Positions 26,576 to 34,990 of a stretch of 64,000 nt of DNA are shown here, one piece after another. The stretch covers positions 3,980 to 67,979 of the forward strand of contig JAEUKX010000069.1 in the NCBI GenBank assembly GCA_016794025.1. Direction: 5' to 3'. Within the stretch, counting starts at the first letter, position 1, and every line of letters starts with the position of its first letter. The notes beneath the pieces are model-generated. The model was not told where the DNA came from. It was given only the letters and a program-made list of their open reading frames with translations, and did not search any database. The translations under genes were made by a program, and so were the position numbers. This DNA is from Rhodospirillales bacterium (GTDB lineage Bacteria; Pseudomonadota; Alphaproteobacteria; CACIAM-22H2).

Positions 26576-27361
26576 TCAGGGACGCTGCGCCCATTTGGGT
26601 TTGGGGGTGTCGCCCCACCACGAGTCGGGGACATCTTCCGGCGGATGCCATGTCGTGGCAATTTCGCCGCGCGCCGGCGACATATAGATTTCGCGGCGCG
26701 GTTTGGCGCGGGACCAGTCGATTACGGCTTGGGTTGCCAGCATTCTTCGCCGACCAATGCTACGTTTGTTCACGTTTCCGTCGCGACGCTGATACGCGTC
26801 GTAGGACGTCCATCGCACTGGCACGAGTTGCCGGCAGAGATTTGCCGCAAGGCGCACGACCGCTGACGCGATGCGCTTCTCGACGTGAAGTTCCCGGCGA
26901 TAGGATGTGCTCAAACCGGAGAGTTTCCAGGTCTGGATGGGTGCGTCGGCAGCCGTGCCATACCAGTCCGTCCACTCCCATTCGGCGTGCGGCGGACGCC
27001 AGCTGGCTATCGAGATGATCGGTGACAGGTAGTTCTCCCATGTCCAATACGGCCATTTCGGCCGATCCGGCGGACGGACATGGACAAGATTCGGCTTCCA
27101 GCCGGGCGGCGGGAAGACCGCTTTGAGTGACCATTGCGGCCGCGCCTGATCGATCGACTCGACGATCCGGATCTTGAAATCCTCACGCTCTTCGTCGAGC
27201 AAGCTGAGGCTGTCGTAGAAAAGCACATTCGGATATTTCTTGCGCAGCAGTTGGCCAAAGCGGACCAAGTCCGCTTTCGACCAGAGGCAGTAGAAGTGCG
27301 TGCCGGCATTCGGAAGGATGGCCGGCCGGGTTCCTTCCAGAAAGAAATCTTCGACGTTCAT
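26576..27361 (-). CDS. Trp/Pro-rich hypothetical protein, putative immunity protein (261 aa)
   Basis: ATG at 27361 overlaps the stop of the upstream gene (ATGA); no family recognised. The immunity role is inferred from position only. Confidence 0.55.
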   Translation of the reverse strand: MNVEDFFLEGTRPAILPNAGTHFYCLWSKADLVRFGQLLRKKYPNVLFYDSLSLLDEEREDFKIRIVESIDQARPQWSLKAVFPPPGWKPNLVHVRPPDRPKWPYWTWENYLSPIISIASWRPPHAEWEWTDWYGTAADAPIQTWKLSGLSTSYRRELHVEKRIASAVVRLAANLCRQLVPVRWTSYDAYQRRDGNVNKRSIGRRRMLATQAVIDWSRAKPRREIYMSPARGEIATTWHPPEDVPDSWWGDTPKPKWAQRP

Positions 27362-28959
27362 TCGCTGTCGCTGCCCTTTTTGGCGTTTCCCTCGTGCACG
27401 CGGATTTGTGCCTCCACGATCTTGCGGCATACCGGCCGGATAACCGTCTCACGGTAAGTTTCACGATCTTCATCCGGCCGACGCTTCCGGATCATGCCGA
27501 CAAGATCGGGGATTTCGACCATGTTCAGCATGTCGATATATGCCCTCACTTCTGCCGCGATCGGCGTGCCATCCGCTTTCGCCGTGTAGGTGTTGATATG
27601 GCCGAACTTTCTTGGGTCCGTCTCGTTCTTCGGGCCTTGGGCGAAATCGGATCGGCGCGATTTTCCGGTCTCGTCATCTTTGATGGTGACTTCCTCCATG
27701 TAGTCTTCGTCGTTGCCCTCGAACGACGCGCCGCCCTTGTGTAAGAGCAGTTCAGGAAGTCGCGAATTTTTCGCTTCCTCTGTACAGATCTTCGCGACGT
27801 CCTTGTTGAGTTCCGTCGTCAGATCGCCACCGCGATTGTCGTAGCGGTCTCCGATAGCGCGCGCTTCGAGCTTCCCGGCGAAGTGTTTGCCGATAAGGTC
27901 CGATATTTCTTGGCGCTTCTTCTCCGGCAGCAGTGCCGAAAAGCCTTCGATACCGTCTTCCGCCTTCGGCGGTTCAACCGGACTGCCGGTATTGTTCGGC
28001 ATCTTCGGAGTCGGCAGGCGGTTGCCGGTATCGGTTGGGCCGACCGGCACGGGGGCCGGTAGGGTCGGATCGTTGGGATCGACGAGGTTCAGGGGCGCCC
28101 CCGAACCGGGAATTGCGCGAAGTCCGTCGAGGGTCTTCTTGGCGCCATACGCGCCTGCCGCGGCTGTTCCCGCGGCAAGGAGACCGAGTGCGGCATCCGT
28201 GGCGAACGGAACGGCAAGCGCCATCGGGCCGAGCGCGACCTTCGTTCCTTTCGGCTTCGGCTCCGGCAACTCGATGCCGAATTCGCGCTTCGCGTCGTCG
28301 GATACATCCGGCATCACGGCCGCAAGAAGTTGCCCGCCCTTGCCGGGCTGCAGTTCGTCGAACTTTCCGGCAAGGTCCTTCACGGCCGCGAGGCCGGACT
28401 TGCCGGATTGCTCGATCGTCTGCGCGAGCAGTTTCGCATAGCCGCGGAAATCGCCCGTCCGCACCATCGTGCGCGCGAGGCGCGCGTTCGATGCGTCGGT
28501 TTCGTGGTCGATCCCGGGCAGGCCTTGAATACCGTCGAGCGAAACCGGCGGTGCCTGCCAGACGATCGTGCCGGGATTGTCGTCGCCGACGATTTCGTGG
28601 TGCGCGTCGATGTCGGCCGGCGTGGGCGGCACGTGGCCGGCAAGCAGCGTGCCGAACGTGTCGCGCATGTGGCTGATTGTCGGACCGCCGGGCCGCACGA
28701 TGCCGTCGACGGCGAGACCGTTGCGCGCCTGATAGCGGCGCAAGGCGCCGTCGAGAGCGAGGCCCCAGTAGCCTGTCGGCCCTTGCGTACGCTCCAGCGA
28801 AAGATCGCCGCTATTGGCGAGAATCGCTTCGAGTCTGGCGATGTCGGCGCGGTGGCTGGGATGGCCTGAGCCGACCCAGTCTTCAAGATCGAACCAGTTC
28901 CTGTATTCATCGGCTGGCGGCTCGCGCCGTGCGACCAGGAGATTCTGTTGCCCGTACAT
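27358..28959 (-). CDS. Peptidoglycan-binding domain protein with unknown C-terminal domain, putative polymorphic toxin (533 aa)
   Basis: GYWGLALDGALRRYQARNGLAVDGIVRPGGPT is a PG_binding_1-like motif; followed by a helical region, a hydrophobic Ala/Gly segment, a Pro-rich linker and a charged C-terminal domain. GGAGG RBS before ATG 28959. Confidence 0.65.
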   Translation of the reverse strand: MYGQQNLLVARREPPADEYRNWFDLEDWVGSGHPSHRADIARLEAILANSGDLSLERTQGPTGYWGLALDGALRRYQARNGLAVDGIVRPGGPTISHMRDTFGTLLAGHVPPTPADIDAHHEIVGDDNPGTIVWQAPPVSLDGIQGLPGIDHETDASNARLARTMVRTGDFRGYAKLLAQTIEQSGKSGLAAVKDLAGKFDELQPGKGGQLLAAVMPDVSDDAKREFGIELPEPKPKGTKVALGPMALAVPFATDAALGLLAAGTAAAGAYGAKKTLDGLRAIPGSGAPLNLVDPNDPTLPAPVPVGPTDTGNRLPTPKMPNNTGSPVEPPKAEDGIEGFSALLPEKKRQEISDLIGKHFAGKLEARAIGDRYDNRGGDLTTELNKDVAKICTEEAKNSRLPELLLHKGGASFEGNDEDYMEEVTIKDDETGKSRRSDFAQGPKNETDPRKFGHINTYTAKADGTPIAAEVRAYIDMLNMVEIPDLVGMIRKRRPDEDRETYRETVIRPVCRKIVEAQIRVHEGNAKKGSDSE

Positions 28960-28984
28960 GTTGCCTCCACACTCGAAAGTAGAA

Positions 28985-28999
28985 GAACGTGTATAGAAC
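28985..28999 (-). promoter_or_regulatory. Alphaproteobacterial LexA (SOS) box GAAC-GTGTATA-GAAC
   Basis: Exact GAAC-N7-GAAC (GTTC-N7-GTTC on the coding strand), 25 bp upstream of ATG 28959 and just downstream of a TTGACT -35 (29016-29011). Confidence 0.75.
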
Positions 29000-29105
29000 A
29001 ATCAAAGGGCAGTCAAGGTATACATTCTTATGCCGGCTGAGCTTGGCTGACCTACAGGAATTTCCGCCGCAATGTCGCCATCTGGTTCGCTAGACTGTGC
29101 GCGCC

Positions 29106-30767
29106 ATGGCCGTCCGGTTCGGTTTCCGCCGAAGTTTCTCGCCGCTCACGCGGCGAATCCTTTTCCTGAATTCGCTGCCGCTGCTGCTGCTGGCGGCGGG
29201 CGTGCTGTATCTCGACGATTTCCGCCGCGGCCTGATCGAATCCGAACTGCAGGCGTTGACAACGCAAAGCCAGATCATCGCTGCGGCCCTCGGCGAAGCG
29301 GCGGTTTCCGTCGCCGATCCCGACGAGGAGGAGCGCGACGACCGGCTTGCCCCGGACGCGGCGCGCCAGATCCTGCGCCGGCTGATCGAACCCACCCGCG
29401 TACGCGCGCGCCTGTTCGATTTCACGGGCGCCCTGATCGCCGACACCCGCGTGCTGGGGCAGGGCAGCCTCGCGGTCGAGGTCGAGATACTGCCGCCGCC
29501 GGAGCCCGATGCACCGGCCCCGCACCGCGCCATCGACGCGCTGAGCGAGCTTTTCGGTGGCGGCCTGACCGGCAATCTCAATCTTCCGGCCTACCGGGAG
29601 CGGCGCGATCCCGTGGCGCTCGACTACGAAGAAGCGATTGCCGCTCTCGTGGGCGACGGCGGCCGGGCCGTGCGCCGCGGCCCCGGCGGGCGGCTTGTCC
29701 TGTCGGTCGCCGTTCCCGTGCAGCGCTTCAAGCAGGTGCTGGGCGCGCTGATGCTGTCGAGCGACAGCCGGAACATCGAGCTGGCGCTGCGCAACGTGCG
29801 CCGCGACATCCTGCGCGTGGCGGGCGCCACGCTGCTGCTGACCGTGCTGCTGTCGCTTTATCTTGCCGGCACGATCGCGCGGCCGATCCGCCGGCTGGCG
29901 CGTGCGGCCGACCGAATACGCACGGGCGGCGGCTCGCGCGCGCGCGTGGGCGGCACACTGGGCGCCGGGGCCGCGCTGGTGGGCGCCATCCCCGACCTCT
30001 CGGCGCGCGGGGACGAGATCGGCGACCTGTCGGCGGCGTTGCGCGAGATGACGGAGGCACTGTCGCGCCGGCTCGACGCGATCGACCGCTTTGCCGCCGA
30101 CGTGGCGCACGAGCTCAAGAATCCCCTGACCTCGCTCAAGAGCGCGGTGGAGACGGCCGCCCGCGTGCCGGACCTTTCCGTGCGCGAAAAGCTCATGGCC
30201 ATCGTCCTCGACGATGTCGCCCGGCTCGACCGCCTCATCACGGACATCGCCGGTGCCTCGCGGCTCGATTCCGAACTGAGCCGCGCCAACGCCGAGAAGG
30301 TCGACATCTCGGAGGTACTCGACCGGCTTGTGGACGCGCTTGCCGCGGTCGCAAAGCCCGGCCAGGCGCGTCCCGTGCTGGTCCGGGACGGCGGCGGCCC
30401 CTTCATCGTCATGGGGGTCGAGGACCGGCTCGGCCAGGTCTTCCGCAATGTCATCGCCAACGCGCAGTCCTTCAGCCCGTCGGGTGCCGACGTGCGCGTG
30501 ACGGTCAGCCGGGCTTCGGAATTTGTCACCGTGACAATCGATGACGACGGGCCGGGGATTCCGGCCGACAAGCTCGAATCCATCTTCGAGCGGTTCTACT
30601 CGGAGCGTCCGGCCGACGAGAAATTTGGAACCCACTCCGGACTGGGTCTGTCGATCTCACGCCAGATCATCGATGCACATGGCGGTACCATCGAGGCAGA
30701 AAACAGAAGTAATAACAATGGAATGATAACCGGTGCCCGGTTCCGGATCCGCCTGCCGGCCGCGTAA
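29106..30767 (+). CDS. chvG: Sensor histidine kinase ChvG/ExoS
   Basis: SPLTRRILFLN, LIEPTRVRARLF, VSVAVPVQRFKQVLGALML, HAMP, DVAHELKNPLTS H-box, FYSERP and HSGLGLSIS motifs. Start may be 29097. Confidence 0.92.
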   Translation: MAVRFGFRRSFSPLTRRILFLNSLPLLLLAAGVLYLDDFRRGLIESELQALTTQSQIIAAALGEAAVSVADPDEEERDDRLAPDAARQILRRLIEPTRVRARLFDFTGALIADTRVLGQGSLAVEVEILPPPEPDAPAPHRAIDALSELFGGGLTGNLNLPAYRERRDPVALDYEEAIAALVGDGGRAVRRGPGGRLVLSVAVPVQRFKQVLGALMLSSDSRNIELALRNVRRDILRVAGATLLLTVLLSLYLAGTIARPIRRLARAADRIRTGGGSRARVGGTLGAGAALVGAIPDLSARGDEIGDLSAALREMTEALSRRLDAIDRFAADVAHELKNPLTSLKSAVETAARVPDLSVREKLMAIVLDDVARLDRLITDIAGASRLDSELSRANAEKVDISEVLDRLVDALAAVAKPGQARPVLVRDGGGPFIVMGVEDRLGQVFRNVIANAQSFSPSGADVRVTVSRASEFVTVTIDDDGPGIPADKLESIFERFYSERPADEKFGTHSGLGLSISRQIIDAHGGTIEAENRSNNNGMITGARFRIRLPAA

Positions 30768-30878
30768 CACGCCGAAATATTACCTTATCTGGTTACCGTT
30801 TTTTTGCGTGCCGCGTTTTTGTGCAGTGCAAAGAGTCAAGATTGACTTCGCCCGGGAACGGCCGCACGTTATCGCCGC

Positions 30879-31343
30879 GTGACGGTTCCGCCTCCTCTCC
30901 AGATCCATGGCACCTGTGTCGTTCTTGCCAAGATTGGCGTTTTATTGTGCGGACCGTCCGGCAGCGGCAAGTCGGACCTTGCGCTGCGGCTCGTCGATGA
31001 CGGGGCGCAGCTTGTGGCCGATGACAGGGTGGATCTGGCACGCCGTTCCGGTGCGTTGTGGGCATCCGCCCCGGCGGCGCTGGCAGGACGCCTAGAAGTA
31101 AGGGGCATCGGCATCGTGCGACTGGACGGGCGGAACGGACGCTGCACGAAACGGGCAAGGCTCGGGCTGGTCGTCGATCTGGTCGACCGGACGCGCATTG
31201 AACGGCTCCCTGACGAATCTTCGCGCGAATTTCTCGGGATCGCCGTGCCGCGAATCGACCTCGATCCGTGGACGGCCTCGGCAGCCGCAAAATTGCGTCT
31301 GGCAGCCGGACTTGCCTGCCAGGGCAAGCTCTTCGCGCATTGA
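30879..31343 (+). CDS. hprK: HPr kinase/phosphorylase (short alphaproteobacterial form)
   Basis: IHGTCV, GPSGSGKSDLAL, LVADDRV and GRLEVRGIGI motifs; follows chvG. Confidence 0.88.
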   Translation: MTVPPPLQIHGTCVVLAKIGVLLCGPSGSGKSDLALRLVDDGAQLVADDRVDLARRSGALWASAPAALAGRLEVRGIGIVRLDGRNGRCTKRARLGLVVDLVDRTRIERLPDESSREFLGIAVPRIDLDPWTASAAAKLRLAAGLACQGKLFAH

Positions 31344-31368
31344 ACCCGTCGGGCAAGGCCGTCCTTTC

Positions 31369-32280
31369 ATGATCGTCCCGTTGCCCGTGACAACACCCCA
31401 CGCCGCCGCCGCCCGCCGCCGGATCGCGCTTGTGACCGGTCTTTCCGGGGCCGGCCGCTCCACCGCCATGCGGGCGCTGGAGGATGCCGGCTACGAGGCC
31501 GTGGACAATCTTCCGCTGACCCTGCTGGCAAGCTTGGTGCTTTCCGACCCGGACCCGGCGCACGACCGGCCCGTGGCGATCGGCGTCGACACGCGCACGC
31601 GCGATTTCGGCGTCGATGCGCTCGTCGCGGCGATCGACCGCCTCAAGGGCGAGCAGGGGCTCGACGTCCGTCTGCTTTATCTTGACTGCGACGACGAGAC
31701 GCTTTCCCGCCGCTTCACCGAAACGCGCCGCCGTCATCCCCTTGCCGCTGACCGGCCGCTGGTCGACGGGATCAAGGCCGAGCGCCGCCTCCTCGAACCG
31801 CTGCGCGCGCGCGCCGATCGCGTCGTGGATACCTCGGCACTGGCTCCGCACCAGCTCAAGCGGATCGTCCTCGAGGACTTCTCGCTGGATGCGCCCGCGG
31901 GCCTCGCGCTGTCGGTTGTCAGCTTCGCCTACCGCAACGGGCTTCCGCGCGAAGCCGATCTCGTCTTCGACGTCCGCTTCCTCTCCAATCCCCACTATCG
32001 GACCGATCTCAAGCCGCTGACCGGCCGGGATGCCGAAGTCGCCCGCTTCGTCGAGCGCGATCCGGGCTTCCAGGCCTTCTTCGACGGTCTCAGCGACATG
32101 ATCCTGGCTCTCCTTCCGCGCTTCGAGGCGGAAGGCAAGTCGTACCTGACGGTCGCCGTCGGCTGCACCGGCGGCCGCCATCGTTCCGTTTTCGTCGCCG
32201 AACGACTGGCCGACCGCCTTGCGAAGGGCGGGCGGCGGGTCAATCTCGTCCATCGCGATCTGGACCGGGGCTTCGCATGA
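31369..32280 (+). CDS. rapZ: RNase adapter RapZ (P-loop nucleotide-binding protein)
   Basis: VTGLSGAGRS, AVDNLP, RRFTETRRRHP, ADLVFDVRFLSNPHY and GCTGGRHRSV motifs. Start approximate. Confidence 0.9.
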   Translation: MIVPLPVTTPHAAAARRRIALVTGLSGAGRSTAMRALEDAGYEAVDNLPLTLLASLVLSDPDPAHDRPVAIGVDTRTRDFGVDALVAAIDRLKGEQGLDVRLLYLDCDDETLSRRFTETRRRHPLAADRPLVDGIKAERRLLEPLRARADRVVDTSALAPHQLKRIVLEDFSLDAPAGLALSVVSFAYRNGLPREADLVFDVRFLSNPHYRTDLKPLTGRDAEVARFVERDPGFQAFFDGLSDMILALLPRFEAEGKSYLTVAVGCTGGRHRSVFVAERLADRLAKGGRRVNLVHRDLDRGFA

Positions 32281-32327
32281 AGCTGGTCGCAGGCCGCGGA
32301 AATAACGTCACGGAAGGCACGCCGCAC

Positions 32328-32753
32328 ATGATCGGACTCGTCCTTGTCACCCACGGGCGCCTTGCCGCCGAATTCGTCTCGGCGCTCGAGCATGTCGTGG
32401 GCCCGCAACGCAATGTCGAGGCCGTCTGCATCGGTCCCGAGGACGACATGGAAATGCGCCGCAACGAGATACTCGCCGCCGTCGCGCGCTGCGACACGGG
32501 CGCAGGCGTTGTCGTGCTGACGGACATGTTCGGCGGCACGCCCTCGAACCTCGCCATCTCGATCATGGATCGCGCGCGCATCGAGGTGATCGCCGGCGTC
32601 AACCTGCCGATGCTCATCAAGCTTGCCAGCGTGCGCAACTCCGAGCCCCTCGTCGCCGCCGTCCAGGCGGCGCGCGAGGCGGGCCGGAAATACATAAACG
32701 TCGCCTCCCAGCTTCTGGCCGGCGAGATCAAGCCGGCGGCGGGCGCGCGATGA
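32328..32753 (+). CDS. PTS EIIA component, mannose/fructose type
   Basis: MIGLVLVTHG, LTDMFGGTPSN and AGVNLPML motifs. Confidence 0.9.
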   Translation: MIGLVLVTHGRLAAEFVSALEHVVGPQRNVEAVCIGPEDDMEMRRNEILAAVARCDTGAGVVVLTDMFGGTPSNLAISIMDRARIEVIAGVNLPMLIKLASVRNSEPLVAAVQAAREAGRKYINVASQLLAGEIKPAAGAR

Positions 32754-33046
32754 ACGATGCGGCCGCTCCCGGACGGCCGGTCGTCGTGCGAACCTGCGAG
32801 ATCCTCAACAAGCGCGGCCTGCACGCGCGCGCGGCCGCGAAGTTCGTGAAGCTCGCGGCCCAGTTTCAGGCCGACACGCATGTGACGAAGGGGGGCACGA
32901 CCGTGTCGGGCCTCTCGATCATGGGCCTGATGATGCTGGCGGCGGCACCCGGCTGCACCGTTGAAGTCAGCGCCGAAGGCGACGATGCCGCGGCTGCCGT
33001 GGACGCGCTTGCGGGCCTGATCGCCGCGAAATTCGACGAGGAATGA
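32750..33046 (+). CDS. ptsH: HPr phosphocarrier protein
   Basis: NKRGLHARAAAKFV (His15) and SIMGLMML (Ser46) motifs. Confidence 0.92.
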   Translation: MNDAAAPGRPVVVRTCEILNKRGLHARAAAKFVKLAAQFQADTHVTKGGTTVSGLSIMGLMMLAAAPGCTVEVSAEGDDAAAAVDALAGLIAAKFDEE

Positions 33047-33047
33047 T

Positions 33048-34853
33048 TTGAGCACCCGCGCGCCCCGTACCCGTGCCAAGCGGTCCGCCGGCGAAGGACA
33101 GGCCGTCTTCAAGGGTCTTGGCGTGGCGCCGGGCATCGCGATCGGACCGGCGCACGTGCATGGTGCGGAGCTCCCGGCGCTCGCCGATTGCGGCGTCGCA
33201 CCCGACCAGGTGGAAGGCGAGCGCCAGCGCTTCCGGACCGCCGTGGAGGCAAGCAAGAAGCAGCTCACGAAGCTCAAGCAGAAGACGGCCGGCCTGCCGC
33301 CGGCCGCGGCCGAGGAGCTTGGCTACCTGCTCGACGCGCACGTGCAGATGCTCTCGCAGTCGCGCCTGGTGCGCGGTGTCGAGAAGCGGATCGGCGAGAA
33401 TCTCGTGGCCGCTGAGACGGCGGTGCGTGCGGAGGCCGAGGCCATCGCCGAGGCTTTCGAGGCGATGGACGACTCCTACCTCGCCCAGCGCGTGCAGGAC
33501 GTGCGCGAGGTCGGCGCCCGGCTCGTGCGCAACCTGACGCAGACGCCGTGGGGCGCCTTCAAGAACCTGCCGGAAGGCGCCGTCATCGTTGCCGAGGAGA
33601 TCACGCCCGCCGATACGGCGGTGATGGATCCGGACGTCGTGGGCGGCTTCGCCACCGTGACGGGCGGTGCGGAAGGGCACACGGCGATCATGGCGCGCGC
33701 GCTTGGCCTGCCGGCGGTGCTTGGCGTCGCCGATCTGGTCGGCGCGATCCGCACGGGCGACACCGTCATCGTCGATGGCAACGAAGGCCGCGTCGTCGCG
33801 AGGCCGACGGCCGCAACGCTCGAGCGCTACGAGCGCAGGCGCCTCGAATACGAAAAGGAAGAGCGGCAGCTCGCGCGCCTCGCGAAGCTGCCATCGGTAA
33901 GCCGCGACGGTGTCGACTTCCAGCTCGGCGCCAATCTCGAGCTGCCGCGCGAAGTGGGACAGGCGCTGGCCGCCGGTGCCTCGTCGATCGGCCTGCTGCG
34001 CAGCGAGTTCATGTTCATGAACCGTGCCGACATACCCGACGAGGAAGAGCAGTACACCCAGCTCGCCGAGATCGTGAAGGGCATGGCCGGGCGCGTGGTC
34101 ACCGTGCGCACGCTGGATGTCGGCGGCGAAAAGCTTGCTTCCGCGCTGGGCGACCTGTCGCCCGGACCCAATCCGGCGCTGGGATTGCGCGCGATCCGCC
34201 TGTCGCTGGCAAGGCCCGAGCTCCTCGATGCGCAGCTTGCCGCGATCCTGCGCGCCGGCGCGCACGGGCCGTTGCGCATCCTCGTCCCGATGGTCGCCAC
34301 CGTCGACGAGATGAAGGAAGTGCGTGACGCGGTCGGGCGCGTCGCGCGCCGGCTCGTGCGCAAGGGGATCGCAATTGCCGATCCGCTGCCGCCGCTTGGC
34401 GCGATGATCGAGATTCCGGCCGCGGCGCTGGCAGCCGACGCGCTCGCGCGAGTCTGCGACTTCCTGGCGCTGGGCACCAACGACCTGACCATGTACGCGC
34501 TTGCCATCGACCGAGGCGACGAGCAGGTGGCGCATCTCTACAACCCCCTCCACCCGGCGGTCCTGCGTCTCATCCAGTTCACGGCCGAGGCGGCCTTGCG
34601 CAACCGGATCCCGGTCTCGATCTGTGGCGAGATCGCCGGGGACCCGCGCTACACGGCACTGCTGGCCGGGCTTGGCATCCGCGAACTTTCGATGGCGCCG
34701 ATCAAGATTCCGCGCGTCAAGAACCGCGTGCGCGGGCTCGACGTGCAGAACGCCACGGCCCGAGCCCGCACGGTCATGGAGCAATGGGATACGAAGGCCA
34801 TCGCCGCCCTTGTCGACGAATACAACGACAGCCTCGTGCGGGCGAAAGAATAG
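33048..34853 (+). CDS. ptsI: PEP-protein phosphotransferase (PTS enzyme I, no GAF domain)
   Basis: GGAEGHTAIMAR phospho-His motif, IGLLRSEF, RTLDVGGEK, NPALGLRAIR, GTNDL and ICGEIAGDP motifs. Confidence 0.92.
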   Translation: MSTRAPRTRAKRSAGEGQAVFKGLGVAPGIAIGPAHVHGAELPALADCGVAPDQVEGERQRFRTAVEASKKQLTKLKQKTAGLPPAAAEELGYLLDAHVQMLSQSRLVRGVEKRIGENLVAAETAVRAEAEAIAEAFEAMDDSYLAQRVQDVREVGARLVRNLTQTPWGAFKNLPEGAVIVAEEITPADTAVMDPDVVGGFATVTGGAEGHTAIMARALGLPAVLGVADLVGAIRTGDTVIVDGNEGRVVARPTAATLERYERRRLEYEKEERQLARLAKLPSVSRDGVDFQLGANLELPREVGQALAAGASSIGLLRSEFMFMNRADIPDEEEQYTQLAEIVKGMAGRVVTVRTLDVGGEKLASALGDLSPGPNPALGLRAIRLSLARPELLDAQLAAILRAGAHGPLRILVPMVATVDEMKEVRDAVGRVARRLVRKGIAIADPLPPLGAMIEIPAAALAADALARVCDFLALGTNDLTMYALAIDRGDEQVAHLYNPLHPAVLRLIQFTAEAALRNRIPVSICGEIAGDPRYTALLAGLGIRELSMAPIKIPRVKNRVRGLDVQNATARARTVMEQWDTKAIAALVDEYNDSLVRAKE

Positions 34854-34891
34854 CCTGATTTCAATATATTAGATGGATTGCCGGAAAGCGA

Positions 34892-34920
34892 TTGAGGGCC
34901 CCGGCGGTGGCCGTTATAAG
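34892..34920 (+). promoter_or_regulatory. Sigma70 promoter of ahcY (TTGAGG-N17-TATAAG)
   Basis: Hexamers at 34892-34897 and 34915-34920 with a 17-bp spacer. Confidence 0.55.
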
Positions 34921-34990
34921 GCGCGGCTGGAATTTCCCCGCGAATCCGTCCGTTGAACGGCGCCCATATCCAACCGGAGCCTCGCTCGCC

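Noticed and set aside
29066-29079. GCC-N8-GCC upstream of chvG as a possible ChvI site
   Set aside because: The motif is too short to be meaningful in GC-rich DNA.
30837-30850. AGTCAA-GA-TTGACT palindrome upstream of hprK as an FNR/CRP site
   Set aside because: Does not match TTGAT-N4-ATCAA in orientation or spacing; it may simply contain a -35 hexamer.
34927-34990. AACGGCGCCCAT in the ahcY leader resembling the 3' strand of an SAH riboswitch
   Set aside because: The 5' part (GAGGAGCGCTGC and the P1/P2 stems) is not present downstream of the predicted promoter, so a riboswitch cannot be supported without a covariance-model search.
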